Positions 1 to 9,161 of a stretch of DNA of 64,000 nt are shown in pieces (position 1 is the first letter of the stretch; the number at the start of each line of letters is the position of its first letter). Source of the DNA: Chloroflexota bacterium (GTDB taxonomy: Bacteria > Chloroflexota > Anaerolineae > UBA2200); the NCBI GenBank assembly GCA_030607875.1, contig JAUWJD010000015.1, forward strand, positions 731 through 64,730, given 5' to 3'. The notes under the pieces are model-generated. The model was not told where the DNA came from, made no database searches, and was given only the letters and a program-made list of their open reading frames with translations. Made by a program: the position numbers and the translations under genes.

Positions 1-2
1 TA

Positions 3-2183
3 GCCATCTCCAATACGAGCAGTGGGGCTACCGTCAACGAGGACTATAACCTGTTCTGGCCGACGAGCATGGTCAGCGGAACGGGCAGCATCAACCACGG
101 CGGCAATAGCTTCTACGGCGACCCGGCCTTTGTCAACCCGGCCAACGACGATTACCACTTGACCGCCGCCAGCCAGGCGCTGGACAACGCCCAGAACCTC
201 GGCGTCGCCGACGACCTGGACGGCAACCCGCGCCCACAGGACGCTGGCTATGATATCGGCGCCTATGAGGGAGCGGTGGCTGCCGGCGATCTATCGGTCT
301 CGAAGACGGTGGAACCCAACCTGGTGTACCCACAGGATGTGCTCACCTACACCCTCAGCTACACCAATACCGGCCCCGGCCCGGCCATGGAGGTGTACAT
401 CACGGACACGCTGCCCGGAGGCACCAGCTACAACAGCGTCGTCTCCGTGCCAGCAGGCTGGAGCGGCCCGACCGTTCTCGGCCAGGACGTCGGCTGGTAC
501 ACGCCCACGCTGGAAGCGGACGCCAGCGGGCAGATCGTCTTCACCGCCATCGCTGACATGGCCACCCCCGTCAGCAGCGACTGGGTCTTGACCAATACGG
601 TGGAGATCACCGGCACGGGAGACAACGATCCGGTGAATAACAGCGCCGACGCTACAAGCTATCTGCAACATGGCGACGCTTCAATCGCCAAGAGGGCGGA
701 GCCGGAGCTGGTCTACGCTGGCGACTTGATCACCTACACAGTGAGCTATACCAACACAGGCCCGGATGCGTTGGTGGACGTGTACATCACCGATACGCTG
801 CCCGGAGGCACCAGCTACAACAGCGTCGTCTCCGTGCCAGCAGGCTGGAGCGGCCCGACCGTTCTCGGCCAGGACGTCGGCTGGTACACGCCCACGCTGG
901 AAGCGGATTCCAGCGGACAGATCGTCTTCAGCGCCATCGCCGACATGGCCACCGCGGTCAGCAGCGACTGGGTGCTGACCAATACAGTGGAGATCACCGG
1001 CACGGGCGACATCACGCCGACCAACAACAGCAGCGCCGCCAGCAGCGTGCTGCAAGGCCTGGAAATCAGCAAGGTGCGCCCGCACGGCGAGATCTGTGCC
1101 GGCTGGAACTTTTGGTACTATATCTATGTCTCTAACACCGCTTCCTCACCAGCCACCGGCCTGGTGATCAGCGATACGCTGCCCGCCGAGGTCGCACCCT
1201 ACTCGGTGCTCGTCAGCCCGGGCGGTGTCTTTGACGGCGCCAACACCGTCACCTGGAATGTGGGCACCCTGGCGCCAAACTCCAGCACCCACGTCTGGAT
1301 CCGCGCCAGGACATACTCCTGGGCCGTGGGTGAGTGCATCACCAACCTGGCCCAGGCCGACAGCCTGCAAGCTGCTCCGCCTGTCACCGCCACCGACACC
1401 GCCTGCATCCGCGACTGCGCAACGCCGACCGGTACGCCCACGAGCACCGCCTCGCCTACGACGAGACCTACGGCTACACCGACGGCCACGCCTACCGACA
1501 CTGCGACACCGACGGCTACACCGACGGCCACGCCTTCCGACACTGCGACACCGACGGTAACGCCCACCGGCACTCCGTCGGAACCGCTGGCCATCTGGAA
1601 GTTCCGCCCCCACGGCGACGTGGTGGCTACCTACACCTTCTGGTACTACATCTACGTCTACAACAACACCGCTTCCCCCATGCACGACATCGTGGTCACC
1701 GACATGCTGCCCCAGGGCATCGCCCCCTACTCCGTCGCGGTCAGCGAAGGCGGCGTGTACAACCAGGCCACAGGCACGGTGACCTGGGAGCTGGGCACCC
1801 TGGAGGCAGGTGAGGGCATCTACCTGTGGATCAGGGCCAATACGTACTCCTGGTCTGCTGGCACAACCCTGCACAACGTGGCCATGGCACAGGCTCCGGG
1901 ACTGCCCACGGCCTACGCCGAGGACGTGGCCGTGGTGGTCGCTGCGCCCGTACCCACGGCGACACCGACCGCTACGCCGACGCCCACCTTCACACCGACG
2001 CCTACGGCGACAGCGACGGCCACAGCGACCGCCTCGCCGACGGCTACAGCAACGAATACCCTGCCGCCTGGGGTCACGCCGACGGAGACGCCGATACCAA
2101 CACCGACCCCGACGGGGACCAGGGTAGGGCCTGTGATCACCTACTACGCCTACCTGCCGGTGATCACGCACAACGTGCCATAG
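3..2183 (+). CDS. Secreted repeat protein, 5'-truncated at the window edge: tail of a right-handed beta-helix module, then four DUF11-type Ig-like repeats joined by Pro/Thr linkers
   Basis: The frame is open from nt 3 with no upstream stop, so the ATG at 69 is probably internal. The motif DDYHLT..DLDGNPRPQDAGYDIGAYE is typical of the end of beta-helix/choice-of-anchor modules. The DUF11 signature 'LtYTlsYTNTGP..vyItDtLP' recurs, with TPTATPT linkers. TAG at 2181-2183 is followed by a terminator hairpin. Confidence 0.8.
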   Translation, partial: AISNTSSGATVNEDYNLFWPTSMVSGTGSINHGGNSFYGDPAFVNPANDDYHLTAASQALDNAQNLGVADDLDGNPRPQDAGYDIGAYEGAVAAGDLSVSKTVEPNLVYPQDVLTYTLSYTNTGPGPAMEVYITDTLPGGTSYNSVVSVPAGWSGPTVLGQDVGWYTPTLEADASGQIVFTAIADMATPVSSDWVLTNTVEITGTGDNDPVNNSADATSYLQHGDASIAKRAEPELVYAGDLITYTVSYTNTGPDALVDVYITDTLPGGTSYNSVVSVPAGWSGPTVLGQDVGWYTPTLEADSSGQIVFSAIADMATAVSSDWVLTNTVEITGTGDITPTNNSSAASSVLQGLEISKVRPHGEICAGWNFWYYIYVSNTASSPATGLVISDTLPAEVAPYSVLVSPGGVFDGANTVTWNVGTLAPNSSTHVWIRARTYSWAVGECITNLAQADSLQAAPPVTATDTACIRDCATPTGTPTSTASPTTRPTATPTATPTDTATPTATPTATPSDTATPTVTPTGTPSEPLAIWKFRPHGDVVATYTFWYYIYVYNNTASPMHDIVVTDMLPQGIAPYSVAVSEGGVYNQATGTVTWELGTLEAGEGIYLWIRANTYSWSAGTTLHNVAMAQAPGLPTAYAEDVAVVVAAPVPTATPTATPTPTFTPTPTATATATATASPTATATNTLPPGVTPTETPIPTPTPTGTRVGPVITYYAYLPVITHNVP
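285..1058 (+). repeat. Tandem duplication (2 x 387 bp = 2 x 129 codons) of one DUF11 repeat inside the CDS
   Basis: Unit 1 is 285-671 and unit 2 is 672-1058. A 110-nt core (411-520 vs 798-907, ctgcccggaggcaccagctacaac...ctggaagcgga) is identical by eye; the flanks diverge. Confidence 0.85.
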
Positions 2184-2212
2184 CGCGACAGAGACCCCAA
2201 TTGGCACGCCTG

Positions 2213-2253
2213 AGACCCGAAAGGTTTTCGAAACCTTTCGGGTCTTTCTGTTC
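2213..2253 (+). terminator. Rho-independent terminator after the DUF11 protein gene
   Basis: Perfect 15-bp stem AGACCCGAAAGGTTT (2213-2227), loop tcg, AAACCTTTCGGGTCT (2231-2245), then a T-rich tail ttctgttct. Confidence 0.8.
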
Positions 2254-2458
2254 TCAAGCGCCGGTCGAGTAGGATTGAGGCGCTTCGCCCCGCCGACCTG
2301 ATGGCGAGACGCTTCGCAGCCTCGCCCTACTGCGGCGAGACGCTTCGCAGAGTCCTATCGAGACCAAGCGTGGCAGCATATGTCGCTTACGCTGGCCTCG
2401 ACACTCGGCCGCCGTTCGCTCCGACTCTGGCAAAGCCCTGCGCTCACTTCCATCGCAG

Positions 2459-2488
2459 TTGACTCCACGCGCATTCTCGTGCTACAAT
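2459..2488 (+). promoter_or_regulatory. Sigma-70-like promoter (TTGACT-18-TACAAT) for the WbaP-type gene
   Basis: TTGACT at 2459-2464 and TACAAT at 2483-2488, about 45 nt upstream of the ATG at 2532. Confidence 0.45.
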
Positions 2489-2531
2489 TGCTGCGAGCTA
2501 CACAGCAGTTCGATTTTTGGGAGATTGGCAG

Positions 2532-3926
2532 ATGCAGCGTAAGACGAACTGGATCTTGAACCTCATCACCGTCGCAATGGATGCAGTGATGATCGGCGCG
2601 GCCTTTTTTGCTGCCTACTCGCTGCGCCGTGTCACGGAATACCCACGTCCGCTCAATCCTCGGCCATTCAGCTATTACGGCGGCATGCTGCTGATCCACG
2701 TGGCTACCCTCTTGGTCACGTTCTCCTTCTACCGGCTGTACCATTTCAAACGCGGCCTCTCCCAGATTGACAAGACCTACGCCATCATGACTGCCGTCTC
2801 CTTCGGAGCCGTAGCCTCGGTGGCCTTGACCTCTTTCATCTACAAAAATGAGCTAGACTACCCGCGGGCTATGGTGATCTATGCCTGGATTCTGAACATT
2901 CCGTTTGTGGTCGTGGGACGGCTGCTCACCGACTACCTCCATGCCCGATACCGCATGGCTAATCCCACCCGGGTGCTGATCGTGGGTGCGGGCGATGTCG
3001 GACGGATGCTGCTGCAGAAAATCGACCAGTCACCCGGCCTGGGATACGAGCCAGTAGGCTTTGCCGACGATACGCCAGGGCGCACGGAGGTCGCCGGCCT
3101 GCCCATCCTGGGCAATACTGCCCAGGTCGGATTCCTGATTCGTGAGCACGATGTCCAGGAGGTGATCCTCGGCCTGCCCGAGGCCAGCGACGAGGATACT
3201 CTGGGACTCATTTCGCAGTGTGAACGGGAAAAGGCGACCGTCCGCATCTTCCCCAATGTGTTTCAAATCATTGCTTCGGAGATCAGCATCGACGACTTGA
3301 ATGGCCTGCCACTGCTCACTGTGCGTGACGTGGCACTGCGCGGTTGGCGATCAGCCTTGAAGCGCACCACGGATCTGGCTGTCAGCGCAGTCACTCTGAT
3401 CCTGCTCTCGCCTTTCATGCTCCTGATGGCACTCTTGATCAAACTGGATTCGCCAGGACCGGTATTCTTTGCCCAGGAGCGCATGGGTCTGGATACACGG
3501 CCATTTCAGATGCTCAAGTTCCGTTCCATGCGTGCTGATGCTGAAAAGGAAACCGGGCCAGTGTGGGCTACGAAGGACGACCCACGCCGCACGCGCTTCG
3601 GCACCCTCATTCGTCGCTATTCCCTCGACGAAGTGCCGCAGTTCATCAACGTTCTTCTAGGGGACATGAGCTTGGTGGGGCCACGGCCAGAGCGCCCCAT
3701 CTTCGTTGAGCAGTTTCGGCAGATGGTTCCCCGCTACATGGAGCGGCACAAAGAAAAGGCTGGCATCACCGGTTGGGCCCAGATCAATGGGCTGCGTGGA
3801 GACACGTCCATCGTGGAACGCACCAAGTACGACCTGTGGTACATCGAAAACTGGTCACTGCTTCTGGATATCAAGATCATACTCAGGACGGTGTTCAGCG
3901 CCTTCTACGATGAGAACGCCTATTAG
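2532..3926 (+). CDS. Polyprenyl-phosphate glycosyl-1-phosphate transferase, large WbaP/EPS-priming type (bacterial sugar transferase family)
   Basis: N-terminal TM helices, a Rossmann-like [10 protein letters not shown] segment, and the C-terminal catalytic signature [37 protein letters not shown] lies 7 nt upstream of ATG 2532. The track start TTG 2517 is an alternative. Confidence 0.88.
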   Translation: [464 protein letters not shown]

Positions 3927-4145
3927 CCACAACGCTTGACAGCGAGGCCCTGCCACAAAGGCCATTTCTACAGTTGCCCCAATGCTTCCGGGGTCCAAGA
4001 GACACCGAAGGCCTCACCATTTCCTCCTTCGCACTAAATCCTGTCCCTCCTGAGCTATTCAAGCCCCTCTCCCGACATCTGTCTGGCGGGAGTATGGGGC
4101 GAGAGCCTCCAACGTTAGACTTTTATATGAAGTGGCTCAATCATC

Positions 4146-4174
4146 TTGACAAGACGCGTGTATCATGGTATGAT
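4146..4174 (+). promoter_or_regulatory. Near-consensus sigma-70 promoter (TTGACA-17-TATGAT) of the hrcA operon
   Basis: TTGACA at 4146-4151 and TATGAT at 4169-4174, abutting the CIRCE operator. Confidence 0.7.
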
Positions 4175-4175
4175 C

Positions 4176-4202
4176 TTAGCACTCGATTGGCAAGAGTGCT
4201 AA
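4176..4202 (+). promoter_or_regulatory. CIRCE operator (HrcA binding site)
   Basis: TTAGCACTC-gattggcaa-GAGTGCTAA is a perfect match to the CIRCE consensus TTAGCACTC-N9-GAGTGCTAA. It starts 2 nt after the -10 box. Confidence 0.95.
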
Positions 4203-4242
4203 CCGCATTTGACAATCGCGTTTGGAAAGCGAGCTTTGCAGC

Positions 4243-5283
4243 ATGGATGACTTGACGGACAGGCAACGAAAGATCTTTGGCATTGCCGTACGTGAATACA
4301 TCAGGACGGCCAGGCCAATTGGCTCAGTCGCGATCTGCCGCCGCTATGGCCTGGGTGTGAGTTCAGCCACGATTCGCAATGAATTCGTGGCCCTGGCCGA
4401 AGCAGGCTACCTGATACAACCGCACACATCCGCTGGTCGTGTGCCAACCGCCAAAGGCTATCGCTTTTTTGTCGAGCAACTAATGGAAGAGGTGGAGCTG
4501 CCCTTGTCGGAACAGTTGCTAATACGCCACCAGTTCCATCAGGTCACCCGCGATCTGGACGAGTGGATGAAACTCGCGGCTGCGGTGCTGGCGCGTGTTT
4601 CGCAGAGCGCATCGCTGATTGCCGCGCCCCAGGCGCGCCAAGTCCGCTTTCGGCACGCCGAACTCATCTCCATCAGCGAACTCACGGGGTTGATGATCCT
4701 GGTGCTGCAAGACAGCTCAGTGCACCAGCAGATGATGGTGTTTACGCGCCCTGTGTTTCAAGAAGAGCTGAGCCTGCTGTCCAATAAGCTAAACGCGCTG
4801 TTCGCCAATCTCAACACCGACGATATGCGCGCCAAGATGCACACGGAGCCAGGCGCGCAGCCAGATACGCTCGAGGCGGAAGTGACCCAGCGCCTGTTTG
4901 AACTGACAAGTGCGTACGAGACGCAGAGCAGTCGCGAGATCTACCGCGATGGCCTCGTGCACATCCTCCGTCAACCTGAATTCGACGAGATTGAGCGCGC
5001 GCGACAGATCGTCCAAGTGCTGGAACAGAACAGTGCCCTGGAGGCGATTTTTAGTCAGGCTGAGCTAGCCAATGGCGTTCAGGTCATCATTGGCGGTGAA
5101 GGCAGGTGGGATGAGATCAGGGATTGCACCCTGATACTCTCGGGCTATGGCCTGCCTGGCGAAGCGAAAGGCGTGCTGGGCGTGCTCGGGCCAATGCGTA
5201 TGCCCTATAGACGCGCGATCCCTGCCGTGCGCTATGTGGCAGCGCTGATGAGTGATCTGGTGTACCGCCTGTACGGAGAGTAG
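4243..5283 (+). CDS. hrcA: Heat-inducible transcription repressor HrcA
   Basis: Winged-helix N-terminus RQRKIFGIAVREYIRTARPIGS and SSATIRNEFVALAEAGYLIQPHTSAGRVPTAKGYRFFV. CIRCE lies upstream and grpE/dnaK follow. Start taken at ATG 4243 (MDDLTDRQ); the track start TTG 4222 is an alternative. Confidence 0.93.
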   Translation: MDDLTDRQRKIFGIAVREYIRTARPIGSVAICRRYGLGVSSATIRNEFVALAEAGYLIQPHTSAGRVPTAKGYRFFVEQLMEEVELPLSEQLLIRHQFHQVTRDLDEWMKLAAAVLARVSQSASLIAAPQARQVRFRHAELISISELTGLMILVLQDSSVHQQMMVFTRPVFQEELSLLSNKLNALFANLNTDDMRAKMHTEPGAQPDTLEAEVTQRLFELTSAYETQSSREIYRDGLVHILRQPEFDEIERARQIVQVLEQNSALEAIFSQAELANGVQVIIGGEGRWDEIRDCTLILSGYGLPGEAKGVLGVLGPMRMPYRRAIPAVRYVAALMSDLVYRLYGE

Positions 5284-5302
5284 CGTGGGAGGCACAGACA
5301 CG

Positions 5303-5974
5303 ATGTCCAAAGATGAGCAGAAGCACGTGACAACCGATGAGCAAAAGGCCAAGTCCGAGAGCAATTCGGACTCTGTAGACACGGCCGAGGAGAGGGCTGA
5401 ACCGGTAGACGTTGAGGCGCTACAGCAAGAAATCGAGGACCTGAAGGAACAGTCCAAGCATCATCTTGACCAGTGGAAACGTGCTGCTGCAAATCTGGAG
5501 AACTACCGCAAGCGTGTGGAAAAGGAACGCGGGGAGCTGCTTCAGCTAGGACAGGCAACCTTGATCGCCCAACTGCTACCCGTGCTGGATGACCTAGAGC
5601 GAGCGTTTCTAACTCTGCCACCATCGCTTCGCAGCTTCACCTGGACCGAAGGCATGGCCCTGATTGAGCGCAAATTGGATGTGATTCTGGAGCGGCATGG
5701 GCTGAAGGAAATCGAGGCCCTTGGCAAGCCATTTGCTCCTATGCTGCATCAGAGCATACTGCAAGAAGAAACGACTGCGTACCCCGATGGTCATGTCACA
5801 GCCATATTGCAGAAGGGGTACATGCTGCATGACAAGGTGCTGCGTCCAGCGATAGTAAAGATAGCGCGGAACAAAGGGAGCGAGGAAGTCTCGTCGGAGG
5901 CGGAGCAAACCGAAGCAGGCGCAGCAGAAGAAACTGAGGCGAAAGACAACTCGCCGAGCAACGATCAACACTGA
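5303..5974 (+). CDS. grpE: Nucleotide exchange factor GrpE
   Basis: Coiled-coil N-terminus, then a GrpE core (LPVLDDLERA, HQSILQEE..GYMLHDKVLRPAIV). GGGAGG lies upstream of ATG 5303. The track start at 5252 overlaps the hrcA 3' end. Confidence 0.92.
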   Translation: MSKDEQKHVTTDEQKAKSESNSDSVDTAEERAEPVDVEALQQEIEDLKEQSKHHLDQWKRAAANLENYRKRVEKERGELLQLGQATLIAQLLPVLDDLERAFLTLPPSLRSFTWTEGMALIERKLDVILERHGLKEIEALGKPFAPMLHQSILQEETTAYPDGHVTAILQKGYMLHDKVLRPAIVKIARNKGSEEVSSEAEQTEAGAAEETEAKDNSPSNDQH

Positions 5975-6011
5975 ATCAGAAATCAAATAAACCTTTCCTG
6001 GGAGGACGTAC

Positions 6012-7904
6012 ATGAGCAGAATAATCGGCATTGACTTGGGAACCACTTTCTCTGTGGCTTCGGTAATGGAAGGCGGCGAACCGGTGATCATCCCCACGTC
6101 AGAGGGAGAAAGGCTGATGCCCTCCGTGGTGGCGGTGAACCCCAAGACTGGGGAGCGCATGGTGGGATGGGTGGCCCGTCGCCAAGCGGTCACCAATCCG
6201 GAGAACACCATCTTCTCCATCAAGCGCCTCATGGGCCGCAAGTTCAAGGACCCTGAAGTGCAGAGAGCTATGAAACGTCTGCCGTACAAAGTCGTCGAGG
6301 CCAAGAACGGCGACGCATGGGTGGAGATGGCTGGCAAACAGTACTCACCACCTGAGATTTCAGCCATGATTCTGCAGAAGCTCAAGACTGACGCGGCAGC
6401 GTACCTGGGCCAACCAGTCAAGCAGGCAGTGATCACCGTGCCGGCCTACTTCAACGATTCGCAGCGACAGGCGACCAAGGATGCCAGCAGAATCGCCGGT
6501 CTCGAGGTTCTGCGCATCATCAACGAACCTACTGCATCCGCGCTGGCGTACGGCTTGGACAAGAAAAAGGACGAACAGATCGCCGTCTATGACTTGGGCG
6601 GCGGCACCTTCGACATCTCGATTCTGAGCCTAGGCGATGGCGTGTTCGAGGTCATTTCCACCAATGGTAACACGTATCTGGGTGGCGACGACTTTGACCT
6701 GCGCGTCCTCGACTGGATCGCCGACGAGTTCAAGAGGGAGCAGGGCATTGACCTGCGGCAGGACCGCATGGCCCTTCAGCGTCTCAAGGAGGCAGCCGAG
6801 AAGGCCAAGAAGGAACTCTCCACACTGATGCAGACAGATATCAACCTGCCCTTCATCACCGCCGATCAGACTGGTCCCAAGCACCTGGTGATGACACTCA
6901 CGCGGGCCAAGCTGGAACAGCTCGTGGGCGACCTGGTGGAAAAGTCACTGGGCCCGTGCGAGCAAGCGCTGAAAGATGCCAAGCTTTCGACGTCTGACAT
7001 CGACGAGGTGGTCTTGGTCGGCGGCCAGACGCGTATGCCGCTGGTGCAGGAGACGGTGCGCAAGTTCTTTGGCAAAGAACCCAACAAGACCGTCAATCCA
7101 GATGAGGTGGTATCCGTCGGGGCGGCCATCCAGGCTGCTGTACTCGGTGGTGAGGTTACAGACGTATTGCTTCTCGACGTCACGCCGTTGACACTGGGCA
7201 TCGAGACGCTGGGCGGTGTTGCCACACCGATCATCGAGCGTAACACGACCATTCCGACAAAGAAGACTCAGATCTTCTCCACCGCGGCCGGTGGTCAGAC
7301 CAGCGTGGAGATCCACGTAGTACAGGGTGAGCGCCCAATGGCTACAGACAACAAGACACTGGGGCGATTCATCCTGGATGGCATCCCAGCAGCACCGCGC
7401 GGTATACCGCAGATCGAGGTCGGCTTTGACATCGACGCCGACGGCATCCTGCACGTCAATGCCAAGGATAAGGCTACCGGCCGTGAGCAGAAGATTACCA
7501 TTACCGCCTCCAGCGGGCTGAGCAAAGAAGAAGTGGATCAGATGGTGCATGAGGCCAAGCAGCACGCCGAAGACGACCGCAAGCGCAAGGAGGAAGTCGA
7601 GGCACGCAACAACGCCGACTCCATGGCCTATAGTGCGGAAAAGACCCTTCGCGAACTGGGCGACAAAGTGCCTGCTGACGCCAGGAACGAAGTTGAGGGC
7701 AAGATCGCTGCCGTTCGTTCGGCACTGCAAGGACAGGACGTCCATCCCATCCGCACTACGACACAGGAGCTCAGCGAGGCCTTGCAGCGCGTCGGCGCCA
7801 GCATGTACCAGCAGGCTGGCCCCACTCAGCCACCACCAGGAGACCAGGGTGGGCAAGAGCCAACCGACGAAGGCACGGTCGAGGGCGAGTTCCGCGAAGT
7901 ATAG
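6012..7904 (+). CDS. dnaK: Chaperone DnaK (Hsp70)
   Basis: [26 protein letters not shown] and [10 protein letters not shown] signatures; 630 aa; GGAGG SD upstream. Confidence 0.98.
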   Translation: MSRIIGIDLGTTFSVASVMEGGEPVIIPTSEGERLMPSVVAVNPKTGERMVGWVARRQAVTNPENTIFSIKRLMGRKFKDPEVQRAMKRLPYKVVEAKNGDAWVEMAGKQYSPPEISAMILQKLKTDAAAYLGQPVKQAVITVPAYFNDSQRQATKDASRIAGLEVLRIINEPTASALAYGLDKKKDEQIAVYDLGGGTFDISILSLGDGVFEVISTNGNTYLGGDDFDLRVLDWIADEFKREQGIDLRQDRMALQRLKEAAEKAKKELSTLMQTDINLPFITADQTGPKHLVMTLTRAKLEQLVGDLVEKSLGPCEQALKDAKLSTSDIDEVVLVGGQTRMPLVQETVRKFFGKEPNKTVNPDEVVSVGAAIQAAVLGGEVTDVLLLDVTPLTLGIETLGGVATPIIERNTTIPTKKTQIFSTAAGGQTSVEIHVVQGERPMATDNKTLGRFILDGIPAAPRGIPQIEVGFDIDADGILHVNAKDKATGREQKITITASSGLSKEEVDQMVHEAKQHAEDDRKRKEEVEARNNADSMAYSAEKTLRELGDKVPADARNEVEGKIAAVRSALQGQDVHPIRTTTQELSEALQRVGASMYQQAGPTQPPPGDQGGQEPTDEGTVEGEFREV

Positions 7905-7929
7905 AGCAAGTCGTTGGGTGCATGAACGA

Positions 7930-7965
7930 GGAGGGGGCACTGCTCGTATCCCCCTCCTTTCGTTT
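7930..7965 (+). terminator. Hairpin terminator/attenuator between dnaK and dnaJ
   Basis: GGAGGGGG (7930-7937) pairs with CCCCCTCC (7950-7957), followed by tttcgttt. Confidence 0.6.
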
Positions 7966-7992
7966 GGCTCTGACCCAGCATTGATGTATACT
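7964..7992 (+). promoter_or_regulatory. Internal promoter-like site (TTGGCT-17-TATACT) upstream of dnaJ
   Basis: TTGGCT at 7964-7969 and TATACT at 7987-7992, 37 nt before the dnaJ ATG. Confidence 0.45.
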
Positions 7993-8028
7993 AGTTTCCG
8001 AATGCAGAGCGAAAAGCGATAGCAGACG

Positions 8029-9147
8029 ATGGTCATGAGTGCCAAACGTGATTACTATAAAGTGATAGGCGTGGGGCGGGAAGCCAACAGCGATGAAATT
8101 CGCAGTGCGTACCGCCAGTTGGCCCGCCAGTATCACCCTGATGTAAATAGAGACCCGGACGCCGGAGACCGCTTCAAAGAGATCAATGAGGCCTACGAGG
8201 TTCTCAGCGATCGAGAGAAACGCGCTGCTTATGACCGTTTCGGCCACGCAGGAGTGGAGGGCAGCCTGGGTGGGTTCTCGGGATTCCCTGATTTCAACGA
8301 CATCTTCGAGAGCTTCTTCGGCAGCTTTGCCGGTACACGCACACAGACAGGACCACGCCCAGGCGAGGATCTGCGCGCCAGCCTGACCTTGTCGTTCGAG
8401 GAGGCTGTCTTCGGAGTGGAGAAGGAACTGGAAGTGGAGCAGCTTGTGACCTGCCCAACTTGCGACGGTAGCGGCGCCGAGCCAGGCTCTCATCCCATCC
8501 GCTGTGCTGAGTGTGGTGGCACGGGCCGGGTGCGGCGCGTACGATCCTCGATTTTTGGCTCTTTCGTCAATGTCTCCACCTGTCGAAGATGCAATGGAAC
8601 AGGGCAAATCATATCCAATCCTTGTCACGAATGCCGAGGACAGCAGAGGGTACGTGCCCGGAAACGCATCAAGGTGACTGTCCCACCTGGCGTGGATAGC
8701 GGCACACGTATTCGTCTGGCTCGCGAAGGCAACGCAGGCATGGACGGCGGTCCGCTAGGACACTTGTATGTCCTTCTTTCGGTGAAGCCGCACCGCTATT
8801 TCAAGCGCAAGGCCAACGACATCTACCTGACTATTAACATCAACCTTGCGCAGGCCGCTTTGGGTGATGAGATAACGATCCCTACCCTCGACGGCGAGGC
8901 CAAACTGACCATTCCAGCCAGCACCCAAACTGGACAGACTTTTAGGCTCAAAGACCACGGAGTGCCCTATCTGCGCCACAATGGTCGTGGAGACCAACTG
9001 GTCACCGTCTTCGTTGCCACGCCCACCAAGCTGAGTGCAGAGCAGAAGGGGCTGCTCCGCGAACTGGGCAAAACCCTGGGCAGAGAACCCATCCCACAAG
9101 AGGAGCGAGGCTTTATTGACAAGCTCAAGGACGCCTTTGGCCTGTAG
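8029..9147 (+). CDS. dnaJ: Co-chaperone DnaJ (type I: J-domain, G/F region, 4 x CxxCxGxG zinc finger)
   Basis: DYYKVIGV..YRQLARQYHPDVN, then CPTCDGSG, CAECGGTG, CRRCNGTG and CHECRGQQ. Confidence 0.97.
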   Translation: MVMSAKRDYYKVIGVGREANSDEIRSAYRQLARQYHPDVNRDPDAGDRFKEINEAYEVLSDREKRAAYDRFGHAGVEGSLGGFSGFPDFNDIFESFFGSFAGTRTQTGPRPGEDLRASLTLSFEEAVFGVEKELEVEQLVTCPTCDGSGAEPGSHPIRCAECGGTGRVRRVRSSIFGSFVNVSTCRRCNGTGQIISNPCHECRGQQRVRARKRIKVTVPPGVDSGTRIRLAREGNAGMDGGPLGHLYVLLSVKPHRYFKRKANDIYLTININLAQAALGDEITIPTLDGEAKLTIPASTQTGQTFRLKDHGVPYLRHNGRGDQLVTVFVATPTKLSAEQKGLLRELGKTLGREPIPQEERGFIDKLKDAFGL

Positions 9148-9161
9148 GAAAACGGCTTCGA

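Noticed and set aside
1430-1570. CRISPR-like short direct repeats. Examples are the 39-nt duplication acaccgacggctacaccgacggccacgcct.ccgacactgcg here, and similar repeats at 1950-2110, 32590-32790, 37200-37800 and 39600-39850.
   Set aside because: They lie inside CDSs and encode TPT linkers. There are no unique spacers of constant length and no cas genes.
1146-2207. 353-aa Arg/Gly-rich minus-strand ORF, plus several 60-160-aa ORFs on both strands within 133-2272.
   Set aside because: It is antisense or out of frame to a well-supported DUF11/PT-linker CDS. Reverse reading of ACN/CCN linker codons gives GVG/RRR low-complexity strings, with no motifs.
5609-8628. Long minus-strand ORFs (275, 366 and 285 aa) opposite grpE/dnaK/dnaJ.
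   Set aside because: They are typical high-GC antisense open frames. The plus strand encodes unmistakable DnaK and DnaJ.
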